Shown piece after piece: positions 13,050-23,907 of a stretch of DNA of 64,000 bases. The stretch is taken from the NCBI RefSeq assembly GCF_009914755.1, contig NC_060947.1; one strand, written 5' to 3'. A program made the position numbers and the translations under genes. Every line of letters starts with the position of its first letter. Within the stretch, counting starts at the first letter, position 1. The notes beneath the pieces were generated by a model that was not told the origin of the DNA, ran no database searches, and worked only from the letters and a program-made list of their open reading frames with translations. This DNA comes from the human T2T-CHM13v2.0 reference genome, Homo sapiens.

Positions 13050-13917
13050 GCGTGAAAAATATCTACACTTAAGTGAGGTCACCAAGGAAATAAACGATCA
13101 GAATATGAATTCATTCAGAATGAAATGATTTTATGAAAAGATCTGTCATTTAAAAAATATGTTTAGGATGCTGAAAGAGGTAAATGAACAACTTTCATTG
13201 AAAATAGAAAATTATGAAATAAACAAGCAAAAAGAAATGAAAAATGAGACCACATGAATATAAAAGAACCAATCAGAAATCCTGGACATGAAAAAAAGTC
13301 ATTTAAATAAAAAATTCAAAAGAACATAAACTTTGGGTTGCATATAGTCAGAGAGAACATATTAAATTGCAAGACAGAGTACTGAGAAATTCTAAATATA
13401 GCAAAGAGAATGATTTTTTAAAAACAGAATAATGACATATGAGCTATAGATTGAGAGGCTTCAACAAATATTCTGTAGGAATGACAGAAGTGGTGAAGAA
13501 TATCGCAGAGAAGTAATGTTTGCTGATATGATAACTGAAAAAACATCCAGAATTGAATGCTTGAGTTCTCAGTTCTGTAGTATACATGAGATTTGAGCAG
13601 GATAAATGGAAATATACAGCTAGATACATCATAATAAAACTGCAGAACATTAAGGATTAAGATACTATCTTTAAAACTACCAGAAAACATTGATTACCTA
13701 TGAAAGAATCAATTAGACTCACAGTATATTTATCATCAGTAAAAAATAGTGTTATCTTAAAGTGCTAGATAAAAATAATTTCAAGAGTGAGGGTAGATCA
13801 AAGTATTTTTACACATGCTCAGCCTGCTATTTTACAGGTCAGAGAGGGTCACTAAAGGAACTCTTAAAATATATACTTAAAAAGAAGAAAGGGCAAGTTT
13901 AGAATACAAGAACAGGT
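13050..13917 (+). mobile_element. Ancient L1ME/HAL1-like ORF1 region (resumes ~14790-15620)
   Basis: A-rich decayed ORF1-like phrases 'gaaccaatcagaaatcctggacatgaaaa' and 'tagatacatcataataaaactgcagaacattaagga'. Confidence 0.55.
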
Positions 13918-14790
13918 TAAAACAGCATAGACATGGAATCAACCTAAATGCCCATCAAAGGTAGACTGGATAAAGAAAATGTGGTACATATACACCATGA
14001 AATACCATGCAGCTATAAAAAAGAATGAGATAATATCCTTTGTAGCAACATAGATGGATTTGGAAGACATTATCCTAAGTGAACTAATGCAGGAACAGAA
14101 AATCAAACACCACATGTTCTCACTTATAAGTGGGAGCTACACATTGAGTACACATGTGATCTGGTTTAGATCTGTGTCCCCGCCCAAATCTCATGTTGAT
14201 TTGTAATTTGAATGTTGGAGGAGGGGCCTGGTGTGAGGTGATTGGATCATGGGGGCAGATTTCTCTTTTGCTGTTCTCATGATAGTGACTGAGTTCTCAC
14301 GAGATCTGATTGTTTAAAAGTGTGTAGCACCTTCCCCTTCGCTCTCTTCCTCCTGCTCTGGCCATGTAAGACCTGCTTGCTTCCCCTTCACCTTCCACCA
14401 TGATTGAAAGTTTCCTGAGGCCTCCCCAGCCATACTGCCTATACATCCTGTGGAACTATGAGCCAATTAAACCTTTTTTTTTTTTTTTTTAAATGGATTA
14501 CTTAGTCTCAGGCATTTCTTTATAGCAGTGCAAGAACGGACTAATACAACATGGACACCTAATAATCAGTATTGAGTATCAATCAGTGCAAAGAAGGGAA
14601 TAATAGACACCAGGGCCTACTTGAGGGTGAAGCGTAGGAGGAGGGTGAGAATAAAAAAACTACCTGTCAGGTACCGTGTTTATTACCTGGGGGATGAAAT
14701 AATCTGTACACCAAACCCCTGCAACATGTAATTTATCCATATAACAAACATCCACATGTACCCCTGAAACTAAAAGTTAAAAAAACCAAA
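13918..14790 (+). mobile_element. L1PA15/16-L1PB-type 3' end
   Basis: 'atggaatcaacctaaatgcccatcaa...aatctgtacaccaaacccc...catgtacccctgaaactaaaagttaaaaaaa'. Confidence 0.9.
14157..14548 (+). mobile_element. MSTA MaLR solo LTR
   Basis: tgatctggttt...ggactaataca termini; perfect 5-bp TSD acatg. Confidence 0.93.
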
Positions 14791-16050
14791 AATAGATTAT
14801 ATAGTTATATATTTAATTAATTGAATGTAAGAATTACTTTTTGATGTTTAAGAAAATATAAAATTAATGCTCAAGATAAAATGAAAAATATTAGAGTATT
14901 TAGTTTGAGGTTATAATGTGCTAAGTTCTATATCATATTCAGTAGGTGAATGAAAATTATAATAATTTTAGGTTGTGTTAGAAAAAATTTATATATCCTT
15001 ATGACAGAAGTGGTGAAGAGTATTGCAGAGAAAAAATTAGTACAGTTTTATATATCCTTAAAATATTAAAAATAACCAGTAAAAACTAGAAATATTATCT
15101 ATAGCTTCAAAATATGTAGAGAAAAAATATAGAAAACTTTATAAATCAAATTGAAAGTCAAGAGAAAAAAAGAAACAGAAAATGATGCTATACAAAAAAC
15201 ATAAAATGAGAGAAAATTTCTAAAAATGTCAGCAATCATTATAAATGTGAATAGATTAAATTCAGCTATATAGAGGGAAAGATTACCAAATTATGAAACA
15301 AAGTCCAATTATATGCTGTTTGTATGATATACACCTAAAACCAAACCAACAGAACATTGAAGTTAATGAAATAGAACAAATAAATGCTATGTGAATTCTA
15401 ACCAAAAAAGGATTAGTGAGATAATAATATATCAAAGTGGAATTTGAGAGAAAATCATTAATAAAGAGAAACATTGCATAAAAATACATCAACTAGGTAT
15501 AATAACCGTGGACTTGTATGCCCCTAACTTTGAAATATACAAACAAAACCTAACAGATACACAGAGAGAATTAAACAAATCCACAATTATAGCAAGAGAT
15601 CTTAGCACATCTCTCTTCAAAATAGAAAGACCAACTGAGATAAATGTCGAGTAGAGAATCCAAAATTACTCAGCATATTAAGAATCAGAAAAAATTGTCC
15701 ACGTCCATAAAAAATAAACATATGCCAAATGCCAATATGATGCAGTTGTTGAAATTATATGACAAAGACTTTAACGTAGCTATCAAATGCTCTATCAAGT
15801 AAGGGTGAATGTTTTTGAAGTAAATAGAAATATAAAAAATGTCCTCAAAGAAATAAAAGATATAAAGAAAAAATAAATGAAAACTTTAGATCTTAAAACT
15901 GCAATAACTAATATAAAAAAACTCATTGCATGAACTCAAAAGTAGAATGGAGATGACAAATGCAAGAATCAGTGATCTTGAAGAAAAATCAATAGAAACA
16001 ATTCAATCTGAACAAAAGGGAGAAAAAATATTTTAAAAAATGAACAGGGC

Positions 16051-16400
<350 letters not shown>

Positions 16401-16788
16401 CTAAAAGTTTAACATATACATAATAGGAATTCCAGAAGGAGAGGAGAAATAGTGTAGGGCAGAAAACATATCGAAGAAATAGTGACTAAACATTTTCCAA
16501 ATTTGGCAAAAGATATACACTTAAAGATTATAAAAGTTCAGAGAACCTCTAGTAGTATTCATAAAAGAAAACATGATACATTAGACTTCATCAAAGTTAA
16601 AAATGTTTGAAATGAGAAAGACACTGATAGAAGAATGAAAAGCTACAGCCTAGGACAAAATATGTGCAAGTCACATATTCAATAAAAAATGTACAGCCGA
16701 ATATATAGGGGACTCTTGAAACTAAAAAGAAAACAAATGAGCCAATTTAATTAAAAGGGCAAAACATTTGGTGAGAAACTTCACAAAA

Positions 16789-16959
16789 GTATGTGTGTAT
16801 ATGTATGTATATATATAATATATATACACACACATATGTATATATATGCTCATATATATGAGCATCTCTTCGTGTTCCCATACATATATGTATATACACA
16901 TATATATATACTCATAGATGTATATACATATATGTATGGGAACACGAAGAGATGCTCAT
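16789..16959. repeat. TA/CA-rich microsatellite containing a perfect 41-bp inverted repeat
   Basis: 16858-16898 is the exact reverse complement of 16919-16959. Confidence 0.95.
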
Positions 16960-17822
16960 CATACAGAAATATTAGTTAAAACCACAGTGGGACACAGTGA
17001 CACAGACATTACAATACAAAGCTAAAAATAAAAGGCAATATAAAGTGTCAGTGAAAATGTAGAGTAAACTGGGAGTATCACGCACTGTTGGAATAATCAC
17101 TTTGAAAAACAGTTTGGCTGTTTCTTAAAGAATTAAACATACACCTACATGTGTTCCAGTTATTCCACTTCTAGGTATTTACCCAAAGGAGAAGAAAGCA
17201 CAAGTTCATATAAAAACTTGTACATAATGTTTATAGCTTTCTTTGTAATAGCTAAAAGCTGGAAGCAACTTCAATGTCTATCAACAGATGAATATATAAA
17301 AAATAGTGGTGTATGGATAAAAATGTGGAATACTACTCAGCAACAAAAATGAATGAACTATTGATATACACAACAACATGGATGATTCTCAGTATCATTA
17401 TGCTCAGTGAAAGAAGGTAGACACAAAAGACTACTTACTCTTTAATTCCCTTTATGTAAAAATCTAGAAAATATAAACTAACCTTTAGTGACAGAAAGCA
17501 GGTTAGCAGTTGCTTGGGAAGTGGGGTGCAGGAAACATGGGAAGGAGAGATTATCAAGAGGCCTGTGAAAATTTTAGGAGATTATAAATGAATATGTTCA
17601 CTATTTTAATTGAGGTGTTGGTTTACCAGATGTGTATGTGTGTGGAAACTTATCAAATTGCATACTTTAAACATGCAGTTTATTGTAGGTTAATTATTCC
17701 TCAATAGACTGTTTAAAACAAAAAGAAAAAAGAAAAACAAAAATACCAGAGACTGGGGCCAAATTATGAAAGATTTTACATAAAAAAAAAGTTTCCCTCC
17801 ATGACACAATTAATCACCTGGA

Positions 17823-17862
17823 TACATACACACACACACACACATACACACACACACACACA
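17823..17862. repeat. Interrupted (CA)n microsatellite
   Basis: Directly visible. Confidence 0.95.
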
Positions 17863-18535
17863 GCCAGTTTAACTGAGCTATAATTACATGCCATACAATT
17901 CATTGATTTAAAGTACAATAAACCATTTAATAAATGTGCATAATTGAATGATTTTTAGTATATACACTGAGTTGTGAGGTATATTTTTAACGCCGCTACC
18001 TCAACAGAATATGTTTTTAGTAATACACATGAATTAACACAAATAATTATAACCAGAAAGAAAATAAAGTGCAAATTTTCTCTATAAAACATTTTGCATA
18101 TAGTTGTCATAGTAAAAATCATAAGGCAATTTTAAGAAAATTAAGCAAAAGTAAAATGTAGGCAACTACTAAAATATGCAACTGATATAAAATTTTAGCA
18201 TTTTGATTTTTATGTAGTATTAATGAGCAATTAAAGAATACATTTCATGCTTGAGTATATTTTTCAAATTCAGTAAGATATTTTATTTTCAAATGCAATA
18301 AAAATGTCTTTATCCCCCCAAATTTTACTCCTTAAATTTAACACTTCGTTTCACCGATTTAGACACCAATAAAAGCAAGTGATTACACAGAATCACAGAG
18401 CTGAGGTGGTTGTTCTTTGCCTTTATAATCACATGCTATAATTTTTAATTTCATGTACTTTTAAAGTGTAGACATATGTGTCATATATTACCACAGGGAC
18501 TGCAGTCTGGAAGTATGCTCAAAGCAAGCTCAAAC

Positions 18536-19027
18536 TGAGGTAGGAGGCAGGACTTGACTCCAGAGGCGGGGCTTGGACAGCAGACCCAATTGAGGACTAG
18601 CTAAACCAGGTCTAGGGCAGAAGCAGCTTTCCTTAAGCCTTGTCTAGCAATGTGGCATGTCAATTTACCGTTGCCATGGCAACACCCAGGCGTTACTGCC
18701 TCTTTCCATGGCAATGACCTGACAACCTGGAAGTTACCACCCTCATCCTAGAAATTTCTGCATAAATTGCTCCTTAATTTGAATATAATTAAAAGTGGGA
18801 ATCAATATGAGTGCAGAACTGCCTCTGAGCTGCTACTCTGGGGACACTGCGTATGGGGCAGCCCTGCTCTGCAAGGAGCAGGAGCAGTACCTCTGCTGCT
18901 CTCTACACTTCTGCTTCAATTAAAGTTGCTGTTTAACACCACTGGCTTGCCTTTGAATTCTTTCCTGAGAGAAGCCAAGAACCCTCCCACCTAAGCCCCA
19001 AGTGTGGGGCTTGCCTGTCCTGCATCA
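18536..19027 (+). mobile_element. ERV1 solo LTR (MER66-like, MER41-related group)
   Basis: TG...CA termini, 4-bp TSD aaac, 'tgaggtaggaggcaggacttgactcc', attaaa signal, 'gaattctttcctgagagaagccaagaaccc'. Confidence 0.85.
18670..18683. promoter_or_regulatory. Perfect palindromic RFX X-box inside the LTR
   Basis: GTTGCCATGGCAAC; motif match only. Confidence 0.55.
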
Positions 19028-19959
19028 AAACAATTCCAAATTGTTAAGAGCTTACTTTAGAAAGGAACAGCCTATGTCTTGGACCAACTATTTAATAAGG
19101 ATTTATCCAAATTAACTTCCCTGTAGAATAAAATGATTATTAAAACATAAATATTAAAAATCAGCTAATTTGCACCTTGCATTGATTTTGTTCAAGCTTA
19201 AATTTAACCACAGCAATCTTTCACAACTCAGACCAAAAGAGGATTTGGGTAGGGAAAAATTGAAAACTTGTATCTGGTGCTAATAAGTAAAAGACTGACT
19301 TTTCCTGGGTTTTATTATTCTTATATTAAAATTCTCTGCAGACAATGTTTTTCTTTATGGCCAGCAAGTGGGCAGACCTCTGCCACTGCCCCCACACTTG
19401 GTAGGACACTGCTCCATCCTAAGCTACTTAACAAGAAAGTGACCTAATTAGTGCTGGGTTTGTGGCCTCCAAACTCTACTATTTGTCTATCAGGGTGCTG
19501 AGAGTGACTCCTGATAGGATGAGTTTTGGGTCCTCCTGAGGGCCTTTACTTGCTTATAGCATAGTGTGGGGTACAACATACACCACTATGACACGGGTGA
19601 CCTGGAGGTGGTTTTATTTTCTTTTTGTGGGGTGTGTTATTGCCACACACATCACACATAAAACCCTCCTCCTAACTGGGTTCTGGGAATTTAGACCTTG
19701 ATGTTGCTACCCACACCTACCCTAAGTACATGTAGAAACGCCAAAGCCCTTTTTCTTCTTGTCTGTGGGGCAAAGTGTTGATTTGTCTTCATTTCTTAGT
19801 CCTCACCCACTCCTTATCCCCCGATGGCTAACTGTATACCTGTTGGTCTGGCCCCCAACCTTACAGGACCCTGCCTCTCTCCCTCTTAGCAGTTTTTCTT
19901 CCTTAACCCCCTCCCCACTACAGACAAACATCCACATCATCCTTTTACATTGTGCTGAT

Positions 19960-19965
19960 TTTATT
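19960..19965 (-). terminator. Polyadenylation signal AATAAA of the lysine-rich gene
   Basis: 33 nt downstream of the TGA, followed by GT-rich 'gatgtggatgtttgtctgtagtgg'. Confidence 0.7.
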
Positions 19966-19998
19966 GCATTCATCAGCATGGGTGGAACACTGTTGGGC

Positions 19999-20340
19999 TC
20001 AGCTTTGGCCTTTATGTGATTGGTGATTCCCCAGAGTTGCTGTTGCTAGTTGTACGTTTCTGATCCAGGCTCTGCATTTACTGGCAGCAGAGATGGTTAC
20101 TTGGGATGGTTTGCTTTTGCCAGCGGCTTCTGGGCTTGCTCTTCTGATTTTCATTTTCTGTTGTCTTTTGTGCTTGCTCTTCTGATTTTTATGTTGTGTC
20201 TTATTCTGCTTGTGGTGACACACAAATATTGTTGGTCTCATTGTTATCCTAGGCTTTTTGGAGCAGGAAGGAGGTGATTGAGTTTTTTTTCTTGAATTCC
20301 TTTGAAGGGGTTTTTTTACCTTTATGATTTTCTTCTCCAC
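19999..20340 (-). CDS. Exon 2 of a lysine-rich CXorf51/SPANX-N-like protein (113 codons + TGA)
   Basis: Acceptor 'ctcactgtgttgtccttccag|GTG' with CTCAC branch-point-like motif; VEKKIIKVKKPLQRNSRKKTQSPPSCSKKPRITMRPTIFVCHHKQNK...; in frame with exon 1. Confidence 0.75.
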   Translation of the reverse strand: MEKKIIKVKKPLQRNSRKKTQSPPSCSKKPRITMRPTIFVCHHKQNKTQHKNQKSKHKRQQKMKIRRASPEAAGKSKPSQVTISAASKCRAWIRNVQLATATLGNHQSHKGQS

Positions 20341-20528
20341 CTGGAAGGACAACACAGTGAGCCAGAAGGACATCGGTTAAGGGGAAGAGAAAGAGGTTGT
20401 ATAGGAAGGGGAGCTTTATGAATAGGAGTGCAGGCTGAGGAAGGGGGTTGTGCTAGGCAAGGACAGGATAGGGGTCTTGAGAGAATAGAGGGGGAAGAAA
20501 AGAAGGAACAAGGATAGGATCATCTGAC

Positions 20529-20672
20529 CTTGCCATTTTTGTTGGTCTTTTGTTGAGAAGAGTTCTTCTTTTCCTTCTTCTCTTTGGTTCTTGGGGTAGG
20601 CTTTTTCGTGCTTAGAATTGGTTGTTTCATATTTTCTTTAGGCTTCACTGGTGTGTGGGTCTCCTTAGCCAT
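20529..20672 (-). CDS. Exon 1 of a lysine-rich CXorf51/SPANX-N-like protein (48 codons)
   Basis: Kozak aatATGG; MAKETHTPVKPKENMKQPILSTKKPTPRTKEKKEKKNSSQQKTNKNGK; donor AAG|gtcaga; phase-0 intron 20528-20341. Confidence 0.75.
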
Positions 20673-20830
20673 ATTTAAGCCTCCCAATGGTCTACCCCAT
20701 GCTCCTGACCTCCTTATGTATACCCACCCCTGGGTAATGAGGAGCCCCACCCTTCAGCTTTGTTTGGCCAGAATGGGGCACCCCTATCCAATGGTAGTCC
20801 TGGGGTGGCTTGGACATCACAAAGCGCTGA
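20673..20830 (-). promoter_or_regulatory. Putative proximal promoter and short 5' UTR
   Basis: TATA-like TATACATAA (20722-20714), CCAAT (20788-20792), CRE-like TGATGTCC (20819-20812). Confidence 0.45.
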
Positions 20831-21169
20831 TACCTCTGTGGGGGTGGTGTTGCTGGGGTAGCCAAAATGTGGTTGGAGAAAGGGGATTTTTCCACCCCAA
20901 ATACTACCCGAAGGTCCATTTCAAAATGACCTGCTACCCTCATCATTTCCCCATGTTCAATTCTGGTGGGTCACATAGCAGGGAGAAGGTGTTTCCTTAA
21001 AGGCATTCCCTACAGCCACCGCCATTCAGTGGTTCATTCTGTTCTCTCCCACCCTTTACCATGACCTACTATTTTAGATGTCTTATCTAAAATCCCTCCA
21101 AGGTACAGTGGCCTTATTTAATTCTCAGTCAAAATATGAATCATTCCACTTCCCTCAAACAAATTTCCA

Positions 21170-21470
21170 TTTGTATCTGTTTTGGTATGGTTTGTAAACT
21201 AAGACAGGCATTTTTGGGTTTGTTTTTTTTTTTTTGGTTTACATTTCTAAATGGTTGAGGAAAAAAAGCAAAAGAATATTTTATGATGTAAAAATTATGT
21301 GAAATTGAAATTTCAGTGTTCATAAAACTTTATTAGAACACAGATACACTAACTGTCAGCTATGGCTGCTTTCACACTACAACAGAGTAGTTGCGACAGA
21401 GATTGTATAGCCTGCACCACATAAAGTATTTGCTATCCGTCCTTTTAGAAAAAGAGATTGCCAACTCCTC
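21170..21470 (+). mobile_element. MER58B-like hAT-Charlie MITE
   Basis: 'ctatggctgctttcacactacaacagagtagttgcgacagaga...agaaaaagagattgccaactcct'. Confidence 0.8.
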
Positions 21471-23900
21471 ATCTATTCTGTTCCATTGATCTATTTGCCT
21501 ATCCTTATGCCAAAACCACATTGTCATGATTAATTTCATGTCATGTCACAATTTTATGCTAAGACATAAAATTAGGTAACACAGCTCATCCAACTTTGCT
21601 CCTCTTTTACAAGATCATTTCAGCTATTCTAGGTCCCTCATACATTCTTTTTTATTATTATTATGCTTTTAAGTTCTAGGGTACAAGTGCACAACGTGCA
21701 GGTTTGATACATAGGTATACATGTGCCATGTTGGTTTGCTGCACCCATTAACTCGTCATTTACATTAGGTATATCTCCTAATGCTATCCCTCCCCTAGCC
21801 CCGGACTCCCCAACAGGCCCCACTGTGTGATGCTCCTCACCCTGTGTCCAAGTGTTCTCATTGTTCAATTCCCGCCTATGAGTGAGAACATGTGGTGTTA
21901 GGTTTTCTGTTCTTGAGATAGTTTGCTCAGAATGATGGTTTCCAGCTTCATCCATGTTCCTGCAAAGGACATGAACTCATCCTTTTTTATGGCTGCATAG
22001 TATTCCATGGTGTATATGTGCCACATTTTCTTAATCCAGTCTATCACTGATGGACATTTGGGTTGGTTCCAAGTCTTTGCTATTGTGAATAGTGCCGCAA
22101 TAAACATACATGTTCATGTGTGTTTATAGTAGCATGATTCATAATCCTTTGGGTATATACCCAGTAATGGGATGGCTGGGTCAAATGGTATTTCTAGTTC
22201 TAGATCCTTGAGGAATCCCCACACTGTCTTCCACAATGGTTGAACTAATTTACACTCCCTACATTCTTAAAAATTTTAGAATCAGGTTTTCTATTAATGT
22301 TAAAGCCTGTTATGATTTCATTGTGATGGTGCTGAATTTATAAATCAATAAGGGGAGAATTGAAATCTTAACAACTTTGAGACCTTCAATTTGTAAACGT
22401 ATATCTCTTCATTTATTTAGGTGTTTAATTTATGTCTCCAATGTTTTGCAATGTTCAATTTGTTTAAAATTGGTATTGTTTCCTCCTTAAGTATTTGGTA
22501 GTAGTCATCTGTGAAGACATCCATTCCTGAAACTTTCCTTTTGAGAAGCTTTTATGTTTTGAATTAACTTTGGTATTTACACTATTCAAAAAGTCCAGTC
22601 TAATGTTATTTTGGAAAATTGTTTTTCAAAGGCTTTTTCCATTTCATCTAAATTGTCAGATTTGTTGGCATAAAGTTGTACATAATATTCCCTTCATAGT
22701 TTTGAAATGCGTGTAGCATGTGTAGCGATGCAACCTCTATAATTTCTGAAATTGGTAACTTATGTTTTGTGTTTTTTTTCTTGATTACTTTTAGCTAGGC
22801 TTTTATGAATTTTATTCCTCTAAAAACTATCTTCAGCTTCCTTGATTTCTGTCTATCATTTTGGCTTTTTCTATTTCAATTATTTCTGTTCCTTATCTTT
22901 ACTATTTTATTTTTTCTATTCAATTTCAATGTAATTTGTAGCCCCTTCAGGTGAAATCCTATATTATTCACTTCAAACCATTCTTCTTTTCTAATATAAA
23001 AATAAAGCTATAAATTTTCCACTTAGGACTGCTTAAGCTGCATCTCACAAAATTTGATATATTGTGTTTTCTTATGCAGTTTGATATATCTTTAATTTCA
23101 CTTCTAATTTCTTTTTAAACCATGAATTGTTTAGAAGAATGTCCCTAATTTCCAAGTATTGGGGATCTTCTAGATATGTTTTTGCTATTGGTTTCTGATT
23201 TAATTTCTTTGTGGTCAGAGAACATATTTCACTATTTAAATATTTTAAAATATATAGAAACTCATTTTATGACCCAGAATTTGGTTTACCTTGGTGTCGG
23301 TCAAATTTGGTTGATAGGAGTTTTCAAATACTACATATATCCTTACTAATTTATTTGTCTGCTTCATTTGTCAATAATTAATAGAAGAGATTTTAAATTT
23401 ACAGCTGTGATTATGGATTTATCTATTTCTCTTTTAACTTTGTAAAATTTTGCTTCATGTATTTTGAAGCTCCGTTATTTCTTCCATACTCATCTACTGT
23501 TTGCATTGCATATCTCCTCCATCCTGGTACTTTCAACCTAGCTGTGTTTTGTATTTTAAGTGCATTATTTGTTAAGAGCATATAATTGGATATTGATTTT
23601 TAAATCAAGTTCATCAACCTCTGTCTTTTGTTGGAGTGTTTAATACATGTGTATTTAGTGGGATTATTGACATGGCTGTGTTTAAGTGTACCCACTTTCT
23701 TTTTGTTTTCTATTTGGTCTCTCTGTTATTTGTTATATACATATCCTTCTTTTGTGTCTTCATTTGGGTTGAGAGTTTTTTTTTTTTTTGTATTTTATTC
23801 TGTTTTCTCCATTGGCTTTTTAATAATAGCTTTTTATATTATTATTTTTTATTTGTTGTGTGGATTACAATATGCATCCTTATCTTGTTACATTCAACAC
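21471..23900 (-). mobile_element. Old L1M ORF2 remnants
   Basis: 'tctattctgttccattgatctattt' and 'ctataaattttccacttaggactgcttaagctgcatctcacaaaatttgatat'. Confidence 0.75.
21650..22259 (-). mobile_element. 5'-truncated L1PA (PA6/7-like)
   Basis: Canonical L1PA 3' UTR and ORF2 C-terminus; TSD tacattctt (21641-21649, 22260-22268). Confidence 0.93.
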
Positions 23901-23907
23901 AGAATTA

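Noticed and set aside
19999-20750. Processed pseudogene or endogenous viral capsid interpretation of the basic ORFs
   Set aside because: An intron with canonical sites is present; no poly(A) tail, TSD or viral motifs
20050-21000. Plus-strand hydrophobic ORFs (20050-20277, 20584-21000) resembling membrane proteins
   Set aside because: They are the antisense shadow of A-rich lysine codons; splice, Kozak and poly(A) signals all support the minus strand
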